64,000 nt of DNA from Nageia nagi. Lineage: Eukaryota > Plantae > Pinophyta. Position numbers and translations under genes: made by a program. This document shows, one piece after another, positions 50,101 to 62,261 of the stretch. The notes beneath the pieces are model-generated. The model saw only the letters and a list, made by a program, of their open reading frames with translations. It was not told the DNA's origin and did not search any database. The stretch lies in NCBI GenBank assembly GCA_050084985.1, contig JBITNC010000001.1, positions 180,916,001 to 180,980,000 on the forward strand, written 5' to 3'. Position 1 is the stretch's first letter. Each line of letters begins with the position of its first letter.

Positions 50101-50993
50101 AGAGAGAGAACCTTTCATTGTGTGAAAAAGTTCTATGCTTGTTAGGAGGAGTTTCTTTTGAGGAAAGATTGAATGCAAAATTTTTGGGAAGCATTTTAGA
50201 GTTGAGGTTTCCAAATGTATGTATGATATATCATTTTGGGAAACTTTGTTATTAATGCAAGTATTGCTTTTCATTTCATGTAATCATGAATGCGTAGATA
50301 AGATGCTTGTTATGTTGTTGTGTTGTTTATACATTTACGAGCATTTTCTTTGAAAGTTCGGCACTTTAAAAAAGTTGATTGAATATCTTTCTTAAATGTA
50401 TGAATGGTTGTTTCCATGATTTGCATAAAGTTGTGGTATTTTGGGTTAGTTTGCCCTTATGCCATTTGATTAGAATCATCCACTGGGACATAGACAAACG
50501 AATGCTCCACCCCATTCCTTTTGTCCACCCTGACTACTACTCCATGCTCTTGCTTGGGAGTGATCTGGACCCATTTGTTTCATTCCTTGCTTGATAACCC
50601 AAGTGGGAATTCTTAATAAATCCGAGAGATAAAAGCCCCAAACCCTATACAATGGTGAAAATCTCACTTATCTTACTATCACCTACCAATCATTCCTATA
50701 TCTCTTCCTCATATTCCTTTTGCTTTTGTGTAATTCCACGTGAACATTAGTTGAGATAAAGCTCAATAGGTCCGCATAATTGTGAGTTAATCATCCTTGA
50801 GCGCGTACCTCACTTGAGCCATCCTGCACATGATAAACCACCATTGCTTAAAATTTGATGTATTTCAAAGGTAAAATCTGTTGTATTTTAAAGAAGCCTT
50901 GGAGTTAAAAGTTCTTTCAAGTGGGGGTAAGTAATGCTACTCCAACCTCAGGCGGTGTTCTTTCCCATGGGGGGAAAGGAATGCACGTCAACA
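44140..50993 (+). mobile_element. Giant solo-LTR-like unit 1 (6854 bp) carrying an ORF
   Basis: TGTTGAC...GTCAACA ends, exact TSD AAGAG (44135-44139 and 50994-50998). No internal direct repeats, PBS, gag or pol seen. Confidence 0.85.
46312..49815 (+). pseudogene. Degenerate ~1170-codon accessory ORF of unit 1
   Basis: Branch site GCTAAC and acceptor TTTTTGCAG (ends 46304) just before ATG 46312. Collinear ORF segments from 46366 to 49815, homologous to 58057-60800. Confidence 0.75.
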
Positions 50994-52692
50994 AAGAGTA
51001 CTCTCAAATAGGTGTTCAAGGAGGCCATCTCAATAACTTTGTCATGGTAGGTAATCTGGATTTGATCAAATGTGTGTCTGGACACATTAAAGGCCAAAAC
51101 ATTAGTCTTGTTGAGATTCACTACTAGCTCTTGCTTTGCACTAAAGGGGTCCAAGGAATTCACCAAACATTGAAGACCCTTTGTGGTATGTGAAAGAAGA
51201 ACAATGTCATATGTGAAGAGGAGTATAGGGGCCGCTACTCCTCTTTTGATAGGGCTGTTTAATAATACTAGTATCATGGGTACACGATTACAGTATAGGT
51301 ACCCGACTATTGTGGAGGCAACCTATCTTAGGACCTATGATCTCTAACACGAAGGACTTACCAATGTAAAGCTCAAAGAGTGTTGGAGAGAGTGGTCACC
51401 CTTGCTTCACTCCAATGGTGTTGAGAATGGTATTTGAGAGTTCTAAGGTACGAATTCAACCTAATAATGTCTCATAGTCATGATGGTCGTGAGGCCAATT
51501 TGGAACTCCTAAAGGACTAAGTCTATCCATGAGTTGATGGCAGGGAACCGTGTCAAAGGCCTTCCGAAAGTCCACAAAATAGGAATACACCGTGTTGTGG
51601 CCTCCACAACATGCCCCAAATTCTTAGCTAATTTGGAGACCCATAATTTTGCTAAGGGGATTTTGAAGCAAGGAAGTGGAAACAAGGGCTTATATCATTT
51701 TGAATACTTGCCTCCAAGGCAGCACCCAATGTGTCCAATTTTGATTTTGAGGGAGCCCAAATAGATAAGGCCAAGAAGTAAGGTGAAAGTTTGGCTAAGT
51801 GTTGAACATAGGTGAAATTTTGGCTAAGTGTTGAACATACATCCTGTTCCTAGGCGCATGTTTGGCTCTAGACATCGGGCGTGTCTCCCCCAGGACTTGC
51901 GCTAGCCTTGTAGGGGCTCCACAAGGTGATTTCAAAGGTCCAGGGCCGAATTTGCCTAAGTGTGACACAAGATCAAGCCAGGCGCGAATTTGGACAAGAT
52001 TGGATCTCATGGCCCAATGCAAACATGCGCCAAGTTAAACCCATGTTTCCCGTAGTACACATGCCAGCCTTGAGAACCATTTTAACCTCATCTCGACTTG
52101 GACTGGGATCCACCTCATATTCTTGGGCGCATGTTGAGCCCAAGACAACAAGTTTGTCTCCTAGATGATGTGCGTGGGCCCAAGCTAGTCTTCATGAGCG
52201 CATGTCTAGCTCAAGACACCAAGTTTGACCACTTGGAGAGATGCGCTTGAGCCCAACCTTCCTTTTGAGCGCATGTTCGAGTCAAAACACCAAGCATGAC
52301 TTCCCCTTGACTTGCGCTTGCCCCCTCTACCTGTCCCAGGGACTTAGAACAAGATCAAATGCCCAAATTCACCCCTGAAACGACAAGCACTTGTCTTTAC
52401 CCCCTCTCTCGAGCGCAATATCACATCTAGGCACTGCTCAGGTCCACCCTATGACTTGCGCTAGAGATCCTTGTCCAGTTTGGGCACATATCCAAAGCTG
52501 GACAAGCCCTATGACCCCGCTTGGATTTACGCTAGCCTCCCTGGCTCTCATCTTGGTGCACATCCCAACTTGGATGCCCTGTTTGACCCTCCAAACCCAT
52601 GCGCTTACCCCATCCAGGCTGGCTGACCTAAAATTTCATTCAACAACGCTTTGGAAAATGTGCCAAAATTAAATGAGCATTTACCAAGGAGG

Positions 52693-55600
52693 TGTTGGGA
52701 TGCTTTTCTTTCCCATTGAGACCCTCTGATAATCGCGCATGGAACATAGGAGATCCCAAGCAACATAGTTGGGAAAGCGTTACCAATTCCCCTGTTTGAA
52801 AAGGATTGGGTACCTTCAAGGCTCTTGTCGAAACACCTACTCAATGACTCAACGTTATGACATTGTAGGTATGCTTGCCAAGCGAGATCTCGTGCTTGGG
52901 CAAGTGTTTCTGGTCTAGAGATAGATGAAAGAATGTGTGATATCCCTCTTTGGAATTAGCTTCAATGGAATGGAATAAGAGGTAGCAATCTGTTAACCAA
53001 GGTTGTTTTATTTGATGTATAGAGTTTATTCGAAATATATGTGTGTGGACTTAACAATTGTATTTGGGTTTTGAAAGCATAAAGAAAGCATAAAGAAAAT
53101 ACTGTAAAGTGAGAGACTGCACTTGTGAAACGGAAACAAATGCTTGGTCAGATACCAAACAAGTCACCATGATGAAGCATTGTCTAAAAAGTTCATCCTT
53201 TGATTAGTTTAGGGATTTCATCCAATTCATCCAGCTTTACGAACAAACAACTATGTTCGAGTTGTTCCAAAGAGGAGTGGGGAGGAATGCCGATTGCGAG
53301 CAATAAAATGAATGTGGCGGAAGAACGTGGGAAGAACAAGAGTTTGGATGTAAATCTCTAGATTGATGTCATAAAACAGTAAACAAATTCAGAATACCTC
53401 ATCTACATGCATGTTGTGAGCCAAGCAGCTATCAAAGATTGATTTCCAACACTTTAAAGAATAAAGCAATGATACATTCCGTAAAACTCGCAAGTTTTCA
53501 AAGGAAGGACGTGAAAGTGTCAAACGAGCAATGATAATCCTTAAGAAACAATTCACAACACCAGAAATGAATAAACAAGCTTGATCTTTGCCTTAACCAC
53601 TTTTTATTAATTTATAAAAGAGTTGTGCAAGGATACATCAATTTGCTCCTCTACAAAAGTTTCACTTTTTCACAAAATGAGCTCTGGTGAAAATGAGACC
53701 CCATGTCTCTTATTTATAGACTTTTGGAAACCCTAAAAGTCACTATTGAAACCCTAGAAATGAGTTTCAAAACCCTAACCCTAATTTTAACACTAACAAC
53801 TATTTACAAGCTAATTGAAAATGCTAATTAAGATTACAATTGGACTTAGTGGAAATCCACTAAGTTGGCCAAATATTTGGCTTACATATCAAAAACTTGC
53901 CAAAATAGACCCTTTTCTATTCTGGTGATGGTGAGAAGATGGCTTGTACATTTGATGCGATTTTGGCTTCAAAGTCATCTTCCATGAATGTTTCTACGTT
54001 CTTGATGGCCCGATGGATTGTTTGGAGGATTCCTTTGTTTGGTAGCAAATGCTCTAGTATGGCCTTATTGGTTTTGACCATTTCCTTGCACCAGGTGGCA
54101 AGTTTGACTCCTCCTTTCATATGTTTTCCTGACATTGATGTTCTGTGTGACTAACGCCATCTCGTCCTGTTCAGGTGGACAATATAGAGTTAGAAGAGTC
54201 CTGGCAAGCTAATGGCACTTTCTGGGCAAACAGAGAGGGATTTTGGAAAATTGGATTTTTGAGTTTTACTCTTAAGTATGCCAAAATTTGCAAGGTGCAA
54301 GGTCTTTTGAGTGAGTTTGGGATAACACAAAGGTAACTGACTCAAAGGAAAATGCCTTGGCAAGAATTTGGGATTCTTGGAGAATTTTCAAATTTTGGCT
54401 CAAAAGTTGACCTTTTCAACAGGAAAAAAGGGTGAAATTTGGCAAACTTGCCAAATGGTGCTGGAATCAAGTTTTAACTCCTTGGATGGGGAATGAGTGG
54501 GGAAGGTGTTTTAAACTTTGAAATGGCCAAAAAGGACTTCAAAAGCAATTTTTGGAGTTTTGGGAATTTTTTTTGGGGTTTTTTGAATTTTTTGTGAAGA
54601 AATGGGGATTTTGGGCACTTAGGTCTTGGATTATATGTATTTTTTTTGTTTTTTTGCTGAAAATAAAAGTTGATCACAAGGATAAAGGGTATCCAAAAAA
54701 GTGATCAAACTTGAAAGCTGAAAAAATAAATTATGAAGTGTTTGAGGCTTGGGAAAATGGGATTTTGGTATGAAAATCCTCAAAAACTTGGAAAATGGAG
54801 TTCATGTGGGATGGAGGATGTTGGACCTTGAAATTCAATGGAGTTTGGAAGGATGGAAGTGGTGCTAAGTGTTCAAATCATGCTCCAAGGGTGAAAATGG
54901 GCTCTCTTCTTCACTTCAACTCGCCAATTCTCAAAATTTTTGTAAGCATAAGGGTGCAAAATGGGAGTAGTGAGTGAAATGGAGGGGTATGGCTGTATTT
55001 ATAGACTTAGGGAGTGAAATAGTGCCACATGTCAACACCACATCAACCCTAGGGCGAAATTTTGCATTTTTGGCTTTTTCTCTTCATGCCCAATGTTGGG
55101 AAAGTGGTCCAAAAGGTGGAAAAAGGGCTGGACCTGCGCCTAACTCTAGAAGGAGGGATTTTGAACCATTGTTTGGGGTCAAGAGGCAAATATGACAGGT
55201 TTAGGATGCTCTTCCACCCCCATACTTCAGATTTGGACTTTGAATTTTGAGTTTTTTGAAGAGAAATGTCCAAATTTTTGAATTTTTCAGCCCTTGAATC
55301 GTTCTTGGAGGAAAAAAGATGGATTTTGGGAGTTTTTGTAGGCCAAATTGCACAAATGATGGGTCAAAATGGTGTAGAATCACACCACCTATTACATGGA
55401 AGCATAAAATATCACTTTTGAGCAATTTTGAAGGTCAAGGAGGTTAGGTGCAGGTTTTGAAGGTTTTGGGCAAGTTTGGAAATTTGAGAAGTTGAGGGAA
55501 AACTCTCAAAACTCCCCCCTAACTTTTTGGGAGGCAAATCTTGAGTTTTTGGGAAAATTTCAAGAGACAATATTGATCTCTTGTGAATTTGCCACCCCAT

Positions 55601-57379
55601 CTTTTTCTTCTTTTTTGATTTGGCCATTTTTGGAAAATTTGGAAAATTTTTGAGCTCTCTCATTGACTAATTGAATTTTGATAATTTGAGGAAGTAGATC
55701 TCATTTTTTCGGAAAACTCAAATCATCAATCTTGTGTGAAATCCCATCCTATACCCCATGAAGATCAAAAATTTCAATTTTTTGCAATTTCGGGGCACAA
55801 GAAGGGTAGGCGTAAGATTTTAGGGGATTAGGGAGTTTTAGAATTTTGAGAAAATGAGTGAAAACACCCAAAATCAGCGCCTAACTTTAGAAGGGGCAAA
55901 AATTGTCCAATTTCGAAAATTCCAAGAGGAAAAGTGCCTAATTTTTTATTTACCACCCTTCCTCTTTCTTAGATTTTCATTTTGACACTTTTGGAATTTT
56001 AGAAAATTTGGAGCATTCCTATTGGCTGTCCTTTTGCTTATTTTTCTGTTTTTTTCACTTTTGGTGGAGCAAAACTCGTCGAAATCGTGGACTTGAAAGA
56101 CCAATTTGATGTAGAATTGCGATCCCCATGCTCCTGAGCTCATAAATTGCCATTTCGGATCAATTTGGGCCTCCCAAAAGGTAGGCGCAGGTTTTGAAGA
56201 AAATAGGCCATTTTTGAAATTAGACTGAGTGAGGGAAAACTTGCAAAACTCCCCCCTAGATTTTTGGGGGTCAAAACTCGAGTTTTGACGACATTTCCAA
56301 GAGAAAAGTGGCCTTAATTTGTCATTTGGCACCACATCTCGCTCTCAGATTTTCATTCCGAGCACTTTGAAAAAACTCACTTTTTCGGGGTCAACCCGAA
56401 GCTTTTCGGACACCAGAATGGTCATTTTTTTATTTTACCACTCTAGGGCACTCAAACTTGTTTTCCTCATCCATTTTGGGCTATATTGCACACTCCCAAT
56501 CTTTCCCGGCTTTTACGGGCCCAAAAAGTGCATTTTCGTCCATTTCTGGCATTTCAGGGCTCTAAGTATGCATTTTGACCATTTTCGGCATTTTCGGACA
56601 TTTGTGACCTTGAACGATGAAAAAAACGGTCATTTCTTGCATTTTCGTGATTTCGAGCTCAAAATCTACATTTCCAGCCTTTTCGAACTCAAGATATACA
56701 AAAACAACCATTTCCAGCATTTTTGAGCATTTTCGAGCACTTTGAGCTCAAATTTGCACTTTTGGTCATTTTCGAGCTTTCCAGGCTCAAACTGTGCCAA
56801 AACACACATTTTTACTATACTATCGGACTCAAAACTACCAAAACGTGTTTTTTCGTGCTATTGACCATTTTTTGGCTCTCCGGGCTCAAAATTGACAAAA
56901 ATGCACATTTTGGTTGTAGATGCTCTTTCTAGGCTCAATTTGTGCAAAAACGCACATTCTTGTGTTATTAATTGTGTTTATTGCTTCCAGGTTCAAACTG
57001 GACCAAAAACACAGCTTTTGTCATTGTGGCATCTTTGTTGCTCAAACTTGCCAAAACGACACCCATTTCGCCCTGATGGTCACTCATCCTTGTCACCCTG
57101 ATGGTCACTCTTCCAAAACTTCAGTGTCTGGTTGCTGTCGTGCTCCAAATCACCGTCCTGTAAGATGTTGCTTGAAATTGGGCCCTAACTTGGCCACTGG
57201 CTGAGCTGAACTCTCTTCATGACTCCAAGGTATGCTCGTTTGTTGCTTTGATCATCTGGCCGCTTTGGGACTCCATACTGGCCATAGGTTGATCATGCCC
57301 AGGCAATGTCGCTCATTGCTGTTGCAAAAATTGGGTCCCCAAAATGCTGCATCTTGGGGTGTGTTGTGTGGGCACAACA
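52693..57379 (-). mobile_element. Giant solo-LTR-like unit 3 (4687 bp), nested in unit 2
   Basis: TGTTG...CAACA ends, exact TSD GGAGG (52688-52692 and 57380-57384). Two minus-strand TATA boxes near 55000 and 53715. Confidence 0.85.
53917..54160 (-). pseudogene. Short ORF of unit 3, equal to the C-terminal domain of the accessory protein
   Basis: Acceptor ..ACAG then ATG at 54160, with one frameshift. LATWCKEMVKTNKAIL...KNVETFMEDDF aligns without gaps to LAVWEFRTRQVVKKIS...DKMEAFMEDNF of unit 2. Confidence 0.65.
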
Positions 57380-58056
57380 GGAGGCATGACCAACCTCACC
57401 CTAGAAATGGCTGACCAAACCCTAGAAAAATCCGTCTTCACATATAAAAGGAGGGAGGATTACCTCATTCCACAATCTCTCTCTCTCTCCTCAATTCTTC
57501 TAAGGCATCCAAGGTGAGCGCATTCCATTTCTGAGCTATGGAAGAACAACCAAGTTGAAATCTAATCCTTGACAAGCGCCAAAAGTGAGTGGATTGAACC
57601 CCAATGTTCTTTCATTGTTGACTTTGTTTTGCATGAGTATTCTTGAGTGTAAGTCTATTCCGGAATAAGCATCTTGTCCCCTTTGATCTCGAGCGCTAGC
57701 CTTTATGATCCCCTAGACCTCATGCGATTGCACCAAAAACTCCTTCAAGCCCCATCGCAAGCGATCCTAGCCAATATCTTGGCTTAGACATCGAGCTAGA
57801 CCCCTATGATCCATGTGCTTGGGTTCCAAGGCCATCCACCATCTCGTGTCACGTGCCCATTCGACGCTTTGCTCCCTTGCGTTAGTCATCCTAGCACTCG
57901 TACACCCTTGGGATGCCAACGTAGCCTCACCCTCACCTGTGCCACACCCTTAAGACCCATGTTGGCTCTCTTTGATCGAAATCCACCAAAAGGCCAACAT
58001 CCTCACTCTAAACTCGCCGCCCAACTCACTTTGTTGCGTTTTGTAGGGAAACTATA

Positions 58057-60800
58057 ATGGACAAACCTGCGGTATGGCAATGACAATTGGGTACGAAGCT
58101 TGAAGTGTCTATTGAGGGACAACCTAATTGAACTTGAGAAGTTTGGGAATGACCCATTACCTGAGGATCGCATCAAGAATGGCTTGGCAAACATTAGAGA
58201 CACTGATTTGCAGTGCATTGACCCCATCAAGATGTTGGAGAAAGTGGTCACAATTCCTCCCGACACCTTACCCATCGATGTGATCTATCAGTGAGGGTTT
58301 TATACGGCCGCAGTGATACCCTTTGTAGTACCCTTCCCGGAGCTATGTTGCAAGGTGGCCAAGTTGTGTGATGTGGAAGCAAGGACGCTTCGAGATAACA
58401 AAGACAAAATGATCATGAGATTCACCTCAAAGGGTGTTGAGGATGCATTCGGTTGGGAGGGAGATGGCATTGAGTGCACCGAAGAAGACTCCATCGCCTT
58501 CTGAGTCTTTGAATGGCCAAGGGAACTTGATTAGAGAATGGTTCCTTCCTAGTGCCAAAGAGCTCAAAGGGAATTCCCAATTGAACGCAAAGAACATCAG
58601 GGTGTTCGGATCTCAAGTACCCCGACATATGCTTCCTAGGTATGTGAGCAACAAAATTATGCTATTAGAATTCTGCTACCAGTTGTCATTCCTACACGAA
58701 CAAGTGTGGAAGAAAAAGGCTACCACCAGCACTCTTCCCATCATAGTTGGAGAGTATACGTGTGCATTATGGGTGGACGTGGACAACATCAAGACTGAGT
58801 TAGCACACTATGGATTCAATCAACTCCCTAGGGATGAAAGCTATGACCCAGAAGGAAACATTGTTGCTTTCATGGAGAAATTCAAGAGGTCCCCATATGT
58901 GCATAAGTCTTTTGGCTCCGAAAAGAAGTTCAAAAATATGACAAGATTAGAGGATATCAAAAGCACGCAAGCATCAATCATAAGGGAGAATAGGAGAGGA
59001 GCTAAGTCAAGACCCACCAAAGAACCCAAGGGAGAAGAGAGGCAAAAGTCAGCCCAAATAGTTCCATTGAGGGCTAAAAACATGGGGGAATCTTCTTCTT
59101 CTTTAAGGAGGAGGCAAGGTCACATTGGGCAGTATGCTACCATGGAAGGTTCTAGGCATTCTGTGAGAGATGTTGCACAAGCTATCTAGTCCCAAGTGAA
59201 AGACACGCATGAGTTGAGCCAAGTGGCTCAATTGAATCGGGAGGAGCTAGCTAGGGAAATATTCGTGAGAAGAACCCCTCAAAACCCAATTGTGGAATGC
59301 TTGAAGAGTTGAAGTTCTGGACGTAGCCTTGAATGTCCCAGAGAAAACAATGAGTATATGGGAGAGCAAAGCCCGAATGAGGATGAGGCCATGGGGGGAA
59401 TGCAAGATGATGTAGTAGAGGAAGAGCCTGTAGTAGGGGGTGCCCAAGCCAATGACAGTTCAGTAAAGGAGCTCCCTTGGATAGAAAAGTCAAACTGCAA
59501 ACCCTTGCCTTCCAAGTCAACTTCACATAGGAGTCTTAGAAAAACACCCACACCTCAGGTACAAGCCAACACTTCACACCATAAAAGGCCTCCCAATGTG
59601 CTAAGACAAACTCCAGGAAGAAGGTTAGATGAATGAGGAGGTAGTGATAGAGCAATGCAAAAAACAAAGGCAGGACATGGGAAAGGAGATAGTTTTGGTT
59701 GCCAGACCATCCAACGTTAATGAAGATGGGGAGAAAGACTTCAACTTTCTCAATGAGTACCTCTAGCACTTGGATACCCATCGTGTGGATGATAGTGATG
59801 AGGAGATTGGGGAGGCCTTTGAAGGAGAATATTCCCACCCATAGACTCAAGCACCTTTGCCCATTGAAAGGTTCGTCTATTGTGATCAATAAAACAACCA
59901 CCCACAAGAAGTAGCCACAAGGTGCACAGGACTAGAAGATTCAGATACAGGAAATTGAAGTGGGCCCTATTGGTTTGAAGGGACATGAATTTAACATCAA
60001 TGCAAGCACTTCAGCCTTAAGGCAAGAAGGGGGAAGAAGGATCTAGAGATCCAAAGGCTGAAGAAGGAGTTGGTCACCAAGGGCAAGTTTTACAAAGAAA
60101 TTGAAGCCGCGTAGATGCAACCAGATGATATGAAGAAACAAGCTTCCTTGAAGATGGGTTTGGCACTGATGAAAGATGAATTGAAGAAGGACATCTTGGA
60201 GGTGGTAAAGTAGCTATTCGAGAAAATAGCTACCTTCATCCAAGAAGTCAAAATTAAAGTGAAGATCGAAAGAATCTTGAGGCTGATTGAGATATGGGAT
60301 CCTTATCAGGATGGTATCGATGAGATACGTTGGAAGGTAGAAAACAATTCGGTGACACAAGAATATTGCCTCAATTTCATCTTCTATTTCGACTGGATCA
60401 AGGGAACCATTGGGAAATGTCACGACTTAGCCAAGATTGTGGCCAAGGAGAAGGAAGAGATTAAGGCCTTAATGGTCGAGTTCATGTTTGGAGTCATATT
60501 TTTGGATGAATTTGGGCTCCAAGGAGGGAAGATCTCATGTCTAAAGAAGTCTATCACCTAATGAATAATATGTTCAATACTCAAGATGTGAATATGTTGA
60601 AGGTTGGGTGCCCCTTTAAGGTAGAGAGGGAACTTGCAGTATGGGAGTTCCGAACGAGACAGGTTGTAAAGAAGATCTCGAGGCAGAGTACCACGAACCG
60701 CAGGGCCTTCTACATGATAGACATGGGCGTTGACAAGATGGAGGCATTCATGGAAGACAACTTCAAGGAAGACATAGCGTTGCTGATAGGGAACCAATGA
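58057..60800 (+). pseudogene. Degenerate accessory ORF of unit 2 (internally deleted relative to unit 1)
   Basis: TATA near 57443, CT-rich leader, acceptor TTTTGTAG (ends 58046), ATG 58057. Shares NIRDT, ELCC, W.G.G and IRV.GS...LP.Y...EF..QL.FL.E.VWKKK...LPI..GEYTC with unit 1. Confidence 0.75.
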
Positions 60801-61972
60801 GTCCTCATGACTCTTAGGCATAGTTTTTGTGATCTCTATAGTTAGGATGTTTTATATCTTGGTGTGAATAGGATTTTGTATTTCTGGATATTTTAGCTTA
60901 TTTTGTTGCCATTTTATTGGCAATTTACTTTATTATTGTTTAATTAAGACTTGATGTGGTGATGCTAGGTGACATAATTTTATTGGACCTCTCGATGATT
61001 TATATTATTTTAATGATATTTTTAGGGTTAGGGCAACACTTAGGGTTGCCTTCGAGAACTATAAATAACCTTAAGGGGATCATTTGAAGGGGATTAGACA
61101 ATTTTGCAAATGAGACAACTTAATTAATATTTTCAAGCTTGCAAGTTTTCTCAATTTGTGAATGTGATATATTTGAAGTAATTGAATAGTGGATGCTCTC
61201 ATTTTGGAACTATGAATATGAATGAATGTTGTTCTTTTGTGTTATCTTGAATACTTGATGTATTTTGTAAATCTTGATTGAGGTGGACAAAAGAATGCTT
61301 GAATACCCTTTAGAAGTACTTTAAGTAATGCATGTTGGTCTAACAATTCATAGTTTGCAATATAGACTTGTATGTTTTGAGATGGCTCCAATATGTTGCT
61401 GAGCATAGGAACTTCACTCCCTTGTCCAAGGTTCACCCAGGTCTCATCAACCACCATCCTTGCCTTAGCTTCAAGATCCCCTTACTAGACCATTTGTGTT
61501 GTTTGCTAGCAAGGCGGATTCAAAGTGTGTGGAACCTATAACAAGCCCCATGAGGGTTGATTCTCAAAAACCTGTGCTAGTTGGTGAGACCATTAAACCT
61601 TAGTGCTGAACTCGCATATCACTATCTATTTGATTCTCTTCTTTGTTTTTCACCATTTTTTTGCGACTTTCACAACCCCTTTTATTTGTCTATTCAAGAA
61701 ACAACCTTTTCTTGGGGACTGGGATGCTCTGAGTCCTTTATTAACAAATATTATTTGAGTTGGTGAGAGCTTCAAACATCCTAGCCAGTCTCATGAGTCA
61801 GTCCTTGCACACCCATTGCACCAGACCTTTGAGGTAGCTAATCCTCATAGCGGGTAGGAGTCACGTCCTTCCACCTAGATGTTGGTGCCTTCCTTAAGCC
61901 TTGCGAGTCAATTTGCCTATTGGTAGGGTAGGAAAGAAAAAGCCCCCAACACACTGGGGACTTTCGAAAGTA

Positions 61973-62007
61973 AGAGGAGGAGGAGGAGGAGGAGGAGGAG
62001 GAGGAGG
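61973..62007. repeat. (GGA)n microsatellite
   Basis: Direct observation. Confidence 0.95.
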
Positions 62008-62153
62008 TGGTGGTTTTGCTCTTGGAGTATCCATTGCCTCGTGCACTTTGGTGTTGGATCTCAATTTGAGATTGGGGATGATTCTTCCCTCTACCAGTAC
62101 TAGAGGCAGAGGCAACGCGAAATATGATTGCCTCCTTGTAGCACTAGAAGGGC

Positions 62154-62261
62154 CATGTGTCAATCATACTGGTGGCCTAAACCTATTAGTGGAGCATGTG
62201 TCAATCATATTGGTGGCCTAAACCTATTAGTGGAGCATGTGTAAATCATACTGGTGGCCTA
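62154..62261. repeat. 41-bp tandem repeat, ~2.6 copies
   Basis: CATGTGTCAATCATACTGGTGGCCTAAACCTATTAGTGGAG unit. Confidence 0.9.

Larger units (their letters stand above)
51593..61951 (+). mobile_element. Giant solo-LTR-like unit 2 (~5.67 kb without the nested unit 3)
   Basis: TGTTG...CAACA ends, TSD CACCG/CACTG (one CpG transition). 3' end similar to units 1 and 3; 5' end TGTTGTGGCCTCCACAACA similar to unit 3. Confidence 0.82.
43838..61968 (-). mobile_element. Second LINE RT fragment, split into three pieces (43838-44139, 50999-51592, 61957-61968)
   Basis: Removing the inserts restores frame at both junctions: FRKSPV|YSYFVDFRKAFDTVP...GVKQG...YLRVLF|LGPRFTM...MYGVEIWG. Collinear with the 36-41 kb LINE. 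Confidence 0.85.

Noticed and set aside
53917-60800. Divergently transcribed gene pair sharing a bidirectional promoter
   Set aside because: Explained by nesting of unit 3 (minus strand, TSD GGAGG) inside unit 2.
61894-62221. Poly-Pro/poly-Gly ORFs as real genes or LINE ORF1
   Set aside because: They span an LTR end, a LINE scrap and a (GGA)n microsatellite, so they are chimeric artefacts.
62154-62261. CRISPR-like repeat
   Set aside because: Head-to-tail tandem repeat without spacers, in a eukaryotic context.
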